Below, piece after piece: positions 1-9,238 of a DNA stretch of 64,000 nt. The DNA is taken from positions 1,568,001-1,632,000 of the forward strand of contig JASGHJ010000002.1 in NCBI GenBank assembly GCA_047602405.1. The letters are read 5' to 3'. The stretch's first letter is position 1, and each line of letters opens with the position of its first letter. Made by a program: the position numbers and the translations under genes. A model generated the notes under the pieces. It was not told the origin of the DNA, did not search any database, and was given only the letters and a program-made list of their open reading frames with translations. The DNA is from Anaeromyxobacteraceae bacterium. Lineage in GTDB: Bacteria; Myxococcota; Myxococcia; Myxococcales; Anaeromyxobacteraceae.

Positions 1-124
1 CGCGAAGCTCGGCCTCGAGCGGGCGCCCGGGGCGCCCCCGGGGGCCCGGCCCCTCGATCCGACCGCCCGCAAGGATCACGTGAAGCCGGGCATCCTCGGC
101 CGCATGTTCGGGAGCAGGAAGTGA
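1..124 (+). CDS. 3' end of a protein of unknown function (partial)
   Basis: Frame 2 reads AKLGLERAPGAPPGARPLDPTARKDHVKPGILGRMFGSRK*; its TGA overlaps the GTG of the next gene (GTGA at 121-124). Confidence 0.55.
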   Translation, partial: AKLGLERAPGAPPGARPLDPTARKDHVKPGILGRMFGSRK

Positions 125-501
125 CGGACCGGGGGACCCCGCTCCTCGTGCTCGCCCACGGCGCGAGCTGGGAGGACCGCTACCAGGCGGTCACGGTCGC
201 TGTCACGGCGGCCTCGCTCGGCGACCGGGTGGTGCTCGCGCTCTTCTTCGACCCCCTGCGGCGGCTCGTGGAGGGCCGGCTCGACGAGGGCGCCCCGCCC
301 TCGGCGGCCGCCGCGAAGGTGGGCGACCTCGGCGCGGCGCTCGAGGACGGCCGGGCGCTCGGGCTGGAGGTGGTGGCCTGCGAGACCGCGGTCCGGCTCG
401 CCGGGCTCGATCCGGAGGCCGTGCGCGGGAAGGTCGACCGGCTCGCGTCGCTCCCGTCGCTCTGGGCCTGGGCCCGTCACGGCCGCGTGGCGACCTTCTG
501 A
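121..501 (+). CDS. DsrE/DsrF-like (DrsE_2) sulfur-relay family protein
   Basis: 126 aa; 'AVTAASLGDRVVLALFFD' and 'GLEVVACETA' with the conserved Cys; C-terminal 'ATF' strand; sulfur-relay context. Confidence 0.65.
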   Translation: MTDRGTPLLVLAHGASWEDRYQAVTVAVTAASLGDRVVLALFFDPLRRLVEGRLDEGAPPSAAAAKVGDLGAALEDGRALGLEVVACETAVRLAGLDPEAVRGKVDRLASLPSLWAWARHGRVATF

Positions 502-503
502 CC

Positions 504-532
504 TTGCCCGCGCTCCGGGGGCGGGCTATAGG
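504..532 (+). promoter_or_regulatory. possible sigma70 promoter of the ThiF-TusA-ThiF unit
   Basis: TTGCCC-17 nt-TATAGG directly upstream of ATG 542. Confidence 0.35.
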
Positions 533-541
533 CGGCGGACG

Positions 542-1264
542 ATGGCGCTCTCCGGAAAGACGGCGCTCGTGGTCGGCGCGGGTGGGCTCGGTGGCCCGGC
601 GCTGCTCACGCTCGCGGCGGCCGGCATCGGCCGGCTCGTGGTGGTGGACTCCGACGCGGTCGACACGACCAACCTCGCGCGGCAGCCGCTGTTCGGCGAG
701 GCCGACGTCGGCGCGCGCAAGGCGGACGCGGCCGCGGCGACCCTGCGCCGGCTCTTCCCCGAGCTCGCGGTGGACGCGGTCGACGACCGCATCACCGCGG
801 GCAACGCCGAGCGGTACCTCGGCGCGGCGGACCTCGCCCTCGACGGCACCGACAACTTCGCCTCGAAGTTCGCGCTCTCCGACGCGGCGATGCGGGTGAA
901 GAAGCCCCTCATCCACGGCGGCGTGCTCCGCACCACCTTCCAGATCCTCACCATCGCGCCCGCGGGCCTGGGCGGCTGCCTCCGCTGCCTGTTCGAGGGG
1001 CCGCCGCCGGACGGTGCGGTCCCGGCGTGCGCCGACGCCGGCGTGCTCGGGGCCCTCGCCCAGGCGGCCGGGAACCTGATGGCCGCCGAGGCGATCCGCC
1101 TGCTCGAGGGCGAGCGGGGCGCGTACGAGGGGCGGCTCCTGACCTACGAGGCGAGGAGCGCGCGCGGGCGGCTCGTGCTCGTTCGGCGCCGGCAGGACTG
1201 CCCCGGCTGCTCGCCGGCGGCGCTCGCGCCGAAGGCGGCGACCGCCGGGGGGACCGCGGCGTGA
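542..1264 (+). CDS. HesA/MoeB/ThiF family E1-like adenylyltransferase (active-type ATP motifs, no N-terminal RYxRQ segment)
   Basis: VVGAGGLG nucleotide-binding loop, D-x5-TNLARQ, K of 'RKA', DGTDNF, CLRC and CPGC zinc motifs, ACADAG Cys. Confidence 0.9.
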   Translation: MALSGKTALVVGAGGLGGPALLTLAAAGIGRLVVVDSDAVDTTNLARQPLFGEADVGARKADAAAATLRRLFPELAVDAVDDRITAGNAERYLGAADLALDGTDNFASKFALSDAAMRVKKPLIHGGVLRTTFQILTIAPAGLGGCLRCLFEGPPPDGAVPACADAGVLGALAQAAGNLMAAEAIRLLEGERGAYEGRLLTYEARSARGRLVLVRRRQDCPGCSPAALAPKAATAGGTAA

Positions 1265-1527
1265 GCGCGGCGCTCGACCTCACCGGCTTCGCCTGCCCGA
1301 TGACCTGGGTGAAGACCCGCATCGCGCTCGACCGGCTCGGGCCGGGCGACCGGCTCGCGGTGCTGCTCGCCCGCGGCGAGCCCGCCGACAGCGTGCCGCG
1401 GAGCGCCGAGGAGGAGGGCCACCGGGTGGTCTCCCGCGCGGCGCTCGGCGGCGGGGCGACGTTCGAGGTCGTCATCGAGAAGGCGGCGGCGGAGCGCCCG
1501 CAGCCGGGAGGCATCACGTGGCCCTGA
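1261..1527 (+). CDS. tusA: TusA/SirA family sulfurtransferase
   Basis: GTG overlaps the upstream stop; LDLTGFACPMTWVKT is the TusA CPxP-like motif. Confidence 0.85.
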   Translation: MSAALDLTGFACPMTWVKTRIALDRLGPGDRLAVLLARGEPADSVPRSAEEEGHRVVSRAALGGGATFEVVIEKAAAERPQPGGITWP

Positions 1528-2213
1528 ACGATCTCCAGGTGGCGCGGTACGCGCGCCAGCTCCTCGTGCCCGGCTTCGGCGAGGCGGTCCAGGAGCGGCT
1601 GCTGCAGGCGCGGGTCTGGGTGGTGAACGCCGACGCCACCGCCGCCGCCGGGCTGGTCGCCCTCGTGCAGGCGGGCGTCGGGCGGATCTGGCTCGACGAC
1701 GACGAGCAGGTCGGGCCGTCGGACCGGGTGGGGTGGCTCTTCGGGCCCGGGGACGTCGGCCGCTCGCGGGTCGAGGCCGCGGTGGAGGCCCTCGGCCGCC
1801 TCTCGCTCCAGACCGCCATCGAGAAGAAGCCGGTCGGCGGCGTGCCGACCGCGGCGATCGTGTTCGCGTCCTCGGTCCCGATGGGCATCGGGGCAGGGGA
1901 CGTCGCGCGCAAGGCCGGCATCCCGCACGTGGTCGTGGAGCCCGACGCCGAGGGCGGCGCCGTGGTCTCCATCCCGCCCGGCCAGCCCTGCTTCACCTGC
2001 GGCCGGTCGGTCTCCGGGGTCGGGCGGCCGGCCCAGGCCGGCATCGCGGCCCTGTCGGCGCTCGCGGCGACCGAGCTCCTCCTCATGCTCGCCGATCCCC
2101 CCCAGGCGGTCGGGCGCCGGATCGACCTCGTCCGCGGCGTCCCGCACGTCCGGCCGACCGTCCGGGTGGCCGGCTGTGCCTGCGGCGGCGGGGCGAGCGC
2201 TCCCCCCGCCTGA
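1518..2213 (+). CDS. ThiF family protein with degenerate ATP site (keeps RYARQ)
   Basis: MALNDLQVARYARQLLVPGFGEAVQERL is a typical MoeB N-terminus; GxGxxG is replaced by VNADAT and NLxRQ is absent; CFTC and C-terminal CAC remain. Confidence 0.8.
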   Translation: MALNDLQVARYARQLLVPGFGEAVQERLLQARVWVVNADATAAAGLVALVQAGVGRIWLDDDEQVGPSDRVGWLFGPGDVGRSRVEAAVEALGRLSLQTAIEKKPVGGVPTAAIVFASSVPMGIGAGDVARKAGIPHVVVEPDAEGGAVVSIPPGQPCFTCGRSVSGVGRPAQAGIAALSALAATELLLMLADPPQAVGRRIDLVRGVPHVRPTVRVAGCACGGGASAPPA

Positions 2214-2412
2214 CCGCGCCCGCGCGGCCCGGGCGCGCGTTGCCGGCGCGTGAAGCCGCGCGTTGACGGTCAGAGAAGCGGGTCCGTGTCGACCCAGGCG
2301 GCGTCCGGGGCGATTCCGTCGGAATCACGCCAGGATCGCAGCGACTCCGCCTTGGAGATCCGGCGACTCCCGGTTATACTCCGCGGCCGACGTCGGGCAC
2401 CGGGAGGACGGA

Positions 2413-3114
2413 ATGGAGCTGCAGCGGGGCAGCGGGTTCGTGATCTGGCTCACCGGGATGAAGCGCGCGGGCAAGAGCACGCTCGCCGCGCTGCTCGCGA
2501 AGCGGCTCCTGGCCGCGGGCCACGAGGTGGAGCTGCTCGACGAGGACGGCGCCGCGTCGGTCCTCGTCGAGGGGCTCGGGATGTCGAAGGACGACCACGC
2601 GAAGGCGGTCGCCCGCATCGGCGTCGTGGCGAAGGCGGTCGCGAAGCTGGGCGGCGTGGCGGTCTGCGCCGCGCTCTCGCCCTACCGCGACGCGCGCGAC
2701 GGGCTGCGCCGCGAGGCGCGCCGGTTCTGCGAGGTGTTCGTCGACTGCGAGATGGAGGCGCTCCAGAAGCGCGATCCCGAGGGGCTCTACCGCCGCGCCC
2801 TCGCCGCGGAGATCACCCAGGTGCCGGGCGTGGACATCCCCTACGAGCCGCCCGGGCACCCGGAGGTCGTCGTCCGCTCCGACCAGGTGTCGCCGGAGGA
2901 GGGCGCCCAGCGCGTCTTCCAGGCGCTCGTGGACGCGCGGCTCATCGGCCCGACCGAGTTCGGCCGGCTGACCGGCGGGCTCCGCCCGAAGCGCGGCAAG
3001 CCCGCCGCGGCGAAGCCGGGCGCGAAGGGCGCCGGCGCGAAGCCCGCGACGAAGGGCGCGAAGAAGGCCGCGGCGAAGAAGCCCGCGAAGCCCGCGAAGG
3101 GCAAGCGCCGCTGA
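2413..3114 (+). CDS. cysC: adenylyl-sulfate kinase with Lys/Ala-rich C-terminal tail
   Basis: IWLTGMKRAGKSTLA P-loop, SPYR, RDPEGLY, GVDIPYEPP; GGAGG ribosome-binding site before ATG 2413. Confidence 0.85.
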   Translation: MELQRGSGFVIWLTGMKRAGKSTLAALLAKRLLAAGHEVELLDEDGAASVLVEGLGMSKDDHAKAVARIGVVAKAVAKLGGVAVCAALSPYRDARDGLRREARRFCEVFVDCEMEALQKRDPEGLYRRALAAEITQVPGVDIPYEPPGHPEVVVRSDQVSPEEGAQRVFQALVDARLIGPTEFGRLTGGLRPKRGKPAAAKPGAKGAGAKPATKGAKKAAAKKPAKPAKGKRR

Positions 3115-3176
3115 GCGCCGGAGGCCGCTCCCCGGTGCCCCTGGCGTCCCGTCCCGCGGGCGGGTAGATCACGGCC

Positions 3177-4037
3177 ATGACGGCAGGCCCCGAAGATCTC
3201 GAGGCGGTGCGCCGCGGCTCGGCGGACCGCCTCGCGCGCATGCGGTCCGCGCTGGCGGGCCTGGACGGCGCGCTCGTCGCCTTCTCCGGCGGCGTCGACT
3301 CGACCTTCGTGCTCGCGGTCGCCCGGGAGGTGCTCGGGGACCGCGCCGTGGCCCTGACCGCCCACTCGCCCTCCGTCCCCGCCGCGGAGCGCGAGGAGGC
3401 CCGCCGGCTCGCCGCCCGCCTCGGCGTGCGCCACCTCGAGCGCACGAGCCGCGAGGGCGACGACCCCCGCTACCGCGCGAACCCGGTCGACCGCTGCTAC
3501 TTCTGCAAGGACGAGCTCTACCGGCTCTGCGAGGGGGTGGCCCGCGAGGAGGGCCTCGCCGCGATCCTCGACGGCTTCAACGCCGACGATCACCGCGACC
3601 ACCGCCCGGGTCGGCGCGCCGGGCTCGAGCACGGCGTGCGCTCGCCGCTCTCCGAGGCGGGGCTCACGAAGCTCGAGGTGCGGGCCTGGAGCGCCGCCCT
3701 GGGCCTGCCGACCTGGGACAAGCCGCAGATGGCCTGCCTCGCCTCCCGCATCCCGTACGGCACCGAGGTCACCCCCGAGCGGCTCGCCCGCGTCGAGGCG
3801 GCCGAGGCGGCTCTGCGCGGGATGGGCTTCCACGATCTGAGGGTCCGCTACCACGGCGACCTCGGACGCGTGGAGCTCGGCGAGGCCGAGCTCGAGGAGG
3901 GCTTCCGGCGTCGCGGGGAGCTCGTGGCCGCGGTGAAGGGGGCCGGCTTCAAGCTCGCCGTGCTCGACCTCGAGCCCTTCCGGTCGGGCCGCATGAACGC
4001 GCTCGCCGGCGTCGCGCTCCCCGTGGTCGCGCCGTGA
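3177..4037 (+). CDS. larE: LarE family ATP-dependent sulfur insertase (PP-loop)
   Basis: AFSGGVDS PP-loop, NPVDRCYFCK, DG-NADD-RPG, WDKP-ACLASRIPYG, RVRYHG. Confidence 0.92.
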   Translation: MTAGPEDLEAVRRGSADRLARMRSALAGLDGALVAFSGGVDSTFVLAVAREVLGDRAVALTAHSPSVPAAEREEARRLAARLGVRHLERTSREGDDPRYRANPVDRCYFCKDELYRLCEGVAREEGLAAILDGFNADDHRDHRPGRRAGLEHGVRSPLSEAGLTKLEVRAWSAALGLPTWDKPQMACLASRIPYGTEVTPERLARVEAAEAALRGMGFHDLRVRYHGDLGRVELGEAELEEGFRRRGELVAAVKGAGFKLAVLDLEPFRSGRMNALAGVALPVVAP

Positions 4038-4573
4038 GGCCCCGCGCCGGCTCGACCGCCGCGGCGGGCCTCGCGCTCGCGGCGGCGCTCGCGGCGGGCC
4101 GGACCGCCGCGCTCGAGCCGCGCTTCGATCACCGGGACCAGCAGGGGCCGACGCTCGAGCTCCAGTGGGCGAACGACGTGGTCGCCCCACCGCGGCGGGC
4201 CTCGGGCTCCGCCGCGGGGCCGGCGCTCCGCCTCGGCTGGGGGCTCGATCTCGCGGGGGAGGGGAACGAGCTCGTGGTGGGCCTGCGCGCGACGCTGCCC
4301 CGGCCCGACCCCCTCCGCGTCCACCTCAGGCTCGCGCTCGACGTGCGCTACCGGGCCTACTTCGGGACCGAGGAGCTGAAGACCTTCCTCGACGCCGGCA
4401 TCCTCGCCCCGGTGGCCTCGCGGCTCGCCGCCGGCCCGCTCCTCGGCCTCGGCGTGCAGTACGACCCGTCGCGCTCGGCGGGGCTGTTCCTCGGGGCGAT
4501 GGTCGCGACCGGCTTCGGAGAGGCCCGGGTGACCAGCGTGGGCCTGGCGGGCGGAGCCCAGCTCAGGTTCTGA
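4034..4573 (+). CDS. exported protein, probable small outer-membrane beta-barrel
   Basis: Ala/Leu signal peptide, amphipathic beta-strands, C-terminal Phe (AQLRF). Confidence 0.5.
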   Translation: MRPRAGSTAAAGLALAAALAAGRTAALEPRFDHRDQQGPTLELQWANDVVAPPRRASGSAAGPALRLGWGLDLAGEGNELVVGLRATLPRPDPLRVHLRLALDVRYRAYFGTEELKTFLDAGILAPVASRLAAGPLLGLGVQYDPSRSAGLFLGAMVATGFGEARVTSVGLAGGAQLRF

Positions 4574-4707
4574 GGCGGCGTCCCTGATGGGGCTCCCGGG
4601 GTGCCCGGCAATCAAAACCCTGAGTTGTGTCGGTCGGTTCCGTCCGATTTCGGCCGTTTTCTTGAGTGTTCGCTTCCGGGTGGTAGCGTGTAGGCAAACG
4701 TAACCAC

Positions 4708-4950
4708 ATGTCATCCGGAGCCTACATGACCTCACCTTTCCAGATGTCCGAGACCACCGCCGCCCCCGCCGACCTGAACCCGTCCCACCGGCTCGAGCCG
4801 ATGCTCGTCCGCCTGCCGCCGGCGCTCGCGACCCAGCTCCGGACGCTCGCCCGCAAGACCCGGGTCCGCCAGTCGGACTACCTCCGCGAGGCGGTCGCCG
4901 ACCTGCTCGCCAAGTACGGGCACCTGCCGGACGGCCGGGAGTCGATGTGA
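4708..4950 (+). CDS. ribbon-helix-helix DNA-binding protein
   Basis: MLVRLPPALATQLRTLARKTRVRQSDYLREAVADLLAKY fits the RHH pattern; the start may be a later ATG. Confidence 0.8.
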   Translation: MSSGAYMTSPFQMSETTAAPADLNPSHRLEPMLVRLPPALATQLRTLARKTRVRQSDYLREAVADLLAKYGHLPDGRESM

Positions 4951-5055
4951 CCTCGTCGGTCTCCCGGAAGGCGCCGGCGCCTCCGGTGCCGCCCCGGATC
5001 GCCCTCGCGCGCATCCGCCTCGCGCGCCTGGCGCTGCCGCGCGGGGCGGGCGGGT

Positions 5056-5850
5056 TCATCGGCCTTCCCGTCCCTCCGGTCCCCGTCCGGCCGGGTACGT
5101 CACCCCGGCCAGCGTGAGCCCCCAGCCCGGAGCGCGCACCCCGCGGTAGCGCGCCCGGGCGCGGAGGAGCTCCGCGAGGGCGTCGGGCTCGAGGACGCCG
5201 ACGCCCGCCGCGACCGCGGTCCCCACGAGGTGCCTGATCATCGCGCGCAGGAAGCCGCGCCCCTCGAAGACGAGGGCGTGGAGCGGCGCCCAGTCCGCGG
5301 TGAGTACGTCCGCCCGGGTCACCGTCCGCACCGTGCCCTTCTGCTCGCCCGGCCGGGCGAAGCCCGTGAAGTCGTGCGTGCCGACGGCGTGCGCGAGCGC
5401 CGCCCGGATGCGCGCGGGATCCGGCGCGCGGTCGACGCCCGGGAAGGCGCGCGGATCGGGGAGGCTCCACGCGTACGGACGGAGCGGCTCCGGGACGGGT
5501 GCGCCCACGAGGTACACGTAGGTCCGCGAGGTGGCCGACGCGCGCGCGTGGAAGCCGTCCGGGGCACGCCAGGCGTCGAGGCAGAGGATGCCCTCGGGCA
5601 GGGCGGCGTTCAGCGCGGCCCGCAGGGCGCCGGGCTCGAGGCCGGCGCGGGCGGCGAAGCTCACGACCTGTCCCAGCGCGTGCACCCCCGCGTCGGTGCG
5701 GCCCGCCACGGCGAGCGGGGCCCGCACCCCCGCGGTCGCGAGGGCGGCCTCGACCGCGTCCTGCACCGTGGGGAGCCCGGGCTGGTGCTGGAACCCGCGG
5801 AACCGGCCGCCATCGTAGAGGAGCCGGAGAGCGTAGAAGCGCCGTTCCAC
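5056..5850 (-). CDS. truA: tRNA pseudouridine synthase A
   Basis: YDG-F-GFQ, AGRTDAGVHA, FHAR, GTHDF, FLRAMIR, APGWGLTL. Confidence 0.92.
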   Translation of the reverse strand: MERRFYALRLLYDGGRFRGFQHQPGLPTVQDAVEAALATAGVRAPLAVAGRTDAGVHALGQVVSFAARAGLEPGALRAALNAALPEGILCLDAWRAPDGFHARASATSRTYVYLVGAPVPEPLRPYAWSLPDPRAFPGVDRAPDPARIRAALAHAVGTHDFTGFARPGEQKGTVRTVTRADVLTADWAPLHALVFEGRGFLRAMIRHLVGTAVAAGVGVLEPDALAELLRARARYRGVRAPGWGLTLAGVTYPAGRGPEGREGR

Positions 5851-5880
5851 GTCTGCTAGGCTCGCACGCCTCCCGACCTC

Positions 5881-6810
5881 ATGGCTCCAGGAAACGACGC
5901 CGATCTCGACGACCCGAAGCTCGCCGGCGGCGAGTCGGCTCTTCCGCAAGGGCGGGGAGGTCTACGGCCCCGTGGACGGCCGCCGCGTCGCCGAGCTCCT
6001 CTACGCCGGCGAGCTCGACGCCGGCACCCCGGTCTCGAAGGACGACGGGGAGCGCTGGGCGCTCGTCTCGGAGGTGCCCGCGTTCGTCGTCCACGCGAAG
6101 AAGGCCCGGAAGAAGCTCGAGGAATCGAGCGGGAGATCACGAGCGCCCGCGCGCTCGCGGAGCGCCGCGGGCGGCTCCGCCTGGCGGTGCTGGGCGCGGT
6201 CGGGCTCGTGGCGGTCGCGGGCGCCGGGGTCGGCGCGTGGGTCGTGACGCGGCCGAGCACGGGCTCGGCGCTCCTCGAGGACTTCGGGGAAGGCCTCCGG
6301 ATCGTGTCGGCCGCGAGGGTCGGCGTCTCGCGGCGCGCGGCGGCCGCCGGCGACGAGGTCGAGGTCGCGCTCGAGCCCCTCCCGGTGAACGGCGCCCAGC
6401 CCGGCGCCCGGGCCGCGCGCCGGGACCGGCCGTCCCAGGGCGCGGACGCCGGCGCCACGGCCCGTCCGCCCGCCGGCCGCCCGGCGGCGGGCACGGCCCA
6501 GGGCGAGGACCTCGTGCTCGAGGCCCGCTTCGACGCCTCCGCAATCCAGGCAGGGGTCGCGCGCCAGCAGCGCACGCTCGTGCCGTGCTTCCGGGAGCAG
6601 GCCGCCCGCGATCCGGAGTACCGTGGCCAGGTGCCGCTCGAGTTCACCATCGGTAACGACGGCCGGATCGCCGCGCTCTGGATCGACGAGCCGCGCTTCC
6701 GCACCGGGCCGCTCAGGGACTGCGTGCAGAAGGCGCTCGCGGGCTGGAGGTTCGACCCGTTCCCCGGGCAGCGCCCGACCGTGCAGCTCGCCTTCGGGGT
6801 GGGCGGGTGA
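5881..6810 (+). CDS. GYF_2-like domain, TM helix and AgmX/PglI-type C-terminal domain protein (two compensating frameshifts at ~5936 and ~6122)
   Basis: The alternate frame reads WLFRKGGEVYGPVDGRRVAELLYAGELDAGTPV..W (GYF_2-like); the C-terminus has PCF..LEFTIGNDG..DCVQKAL..W.F.PF. Confidence 0.7.
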   Translation: MAPGNDADLDDPKLAGGESALPQGRGGLRPRGRPPRRRAPLRRRARRRHPGLEGRRGALGARLGGARVRRPREEGPEEARGIEREITSARALAERRGRLRLAVLGAVGLVAVAGAGVGAWVVTRPSTGSALLEDFGEGLRIVSAARVGVSRRAAAAGDEVEVALEPLPVNGAQPGARAARRDRPSQGADAGATARPPAGRPAAGTAQGEDLVLEARFDASAIQAGVARQQRTLVPCFREQAARDPEYRGQVPLEFTIGNDGRIAALWIDEPRFRTGPLRDCVQKALAGWRFDPFPGQRPTVQLAFGVGG

Positions 6811-7433
6811 CCGGCACCGCCGAGAAGCTCGCCACCCGCGCGGAGCAGCTCCCGGAGGGCTCGCTCCGGCGCCGCGCGCTCGAAGGGGCGAGGGGCTTCA
6901 AGGCCGCGTGGGTCGAGTTCGGGCGGCTCCTCTCCGAGGTGAAGCGCCGGGGCGTCTGGCGGGAGTGGGGCCACGCGAGCTTCGAGCAGTACTGCGCGAA
7001 GGAGCTCTTCATCCGCCGCCAGACCGCCGAGAAGCTGACCGCGAGCTTCGGGTTCCTCGAGCGCCACGAGCCGGCGCTCGTGCGCGAGAGGCCGGACGGG
7101 GAGCACCGCGCGCCCGCGTTCGAGGTCGTCGAGGTGCTCTCGCGCGCCGAGGCGGCGGGGCGGCTCAGCGGCTCCGACTGGAAGGACCTGCGCGAGGAGG
7201 TCCTCGAGCAGCCGATGACGCCCGCCGCGCTCGGGAAGCGCCTCTCCGAGAAGCTCGGGCCGCCGCCGCCGCCACCGCGCCCTGCGAAGGGCGAGCGGCT
7301 CGGGCGCCTGGCCGCCGCGGCGCGGCGTCTCGCCGGGGCCTGCGCGGACGAGGATGGGGTGCCGCGGTCCTTGAAGGAGCGTGCCGCGGCGCTCGCGAGG
7401 GAGCTCGCGGCCCTGGCGGGCGACGACGGCTGA
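6807..7433 (+). CDS. hypothetical protein (possible ParB-like helical DNA-binding domain)
   Basis: Coupled to the upstream gene (GTGA); W.EFGRLL.EV..W.EWG..SFE.YC..EL motif; host-like codon usage. Confidence 0.65.
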   Translation: MTGTAEKLATRAEQLPEGSLRRRALEGARGFKAAWVEFGRLLSEVKRRGVWREWGHASFEQYCAKELFIRRQTAEKLTASFGFLERHEPALVRERPDGEHRAPAFEVVEVLSRAEAAGRLSGSDWKDLREEVLEQPMTPAALGKRLSEKLGPPPPPPRPAKGERLGRLAAAARRLAGACADEDGVPRSLKERAAALARELAALAGDDG

Positions 7434-7519
7434 GACGCGCTCGCGGAACCCCGCGGCGTCCCACGTCCGGGCGGCACCCGCCGGTACCCGTGGTCCGTCC
7501 AGGCCGGGCGCGGCGCGTT

Positions 7520-7583
7520 TCCGGGTCGCTCCGGCGGCGCCCCGCCCCCCGGGAGCGAAGCTCCAGGGGGCCCCACCCCGGGC
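7520..7583 (-). repeat. REP-like element family A, divergent copy
   Basis: Reverse complement GCCCGGGGTGGGGCCCCCTGGAGCTTCGCTCCCGGGGGGCGGGGCG shares the GGGTGGGGCCCC head and hairpin layout with the copies at 17258, 40985 and 43955. Confidence 0.55.
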
Positions 7584-7724
7584 GGCAGGACGAGGGGAAG
7601 CAGCGGAGCCGGGCCCTGGCTATATTCCGGGCGACGCCTCGAATTCCGGGGCTGTGGGGTTTGGTGGTAGCATCCCGTGTCGTCGGTCAGTCTGCCTGAT
7701 CCGCTTCGGTCGAGGTCGCAACGC

Positions 7725-9014
<1,290 letters not shown>

Positions 9015-9041
9015 CCCATCGCCGTCGCCACGCGATGCAGC

Positions 9042-9078
9042 ACCATGCCGTCGCGCCAGCGACGGCATGGTCGTTTCT
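9042..9078 (+). terminator. intrinsic terminator-like hairpin after clpX
   Basis: ACCATGCCGTCGC-GCCA-GCGACGGCATGGT, a perfect 13-bp stem followed by CGTTTCT. Confidence 0.55.
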
Positions 9079-9238
9079 GGGCCCCGCCGGTGAAGCCAGG
9101 CCACAGTGTGCCGGCGCCGCGTCTCGCCCCCACCAGAAATCTCCCCTGATCAGAACGCCTTGGCTTCGGCATCCCCCTTGCTATGAACAGGGGAGGGTGC
9201 CGTGCCGTCTCCACGAGGCACGCCCCGGGAGACACGCC

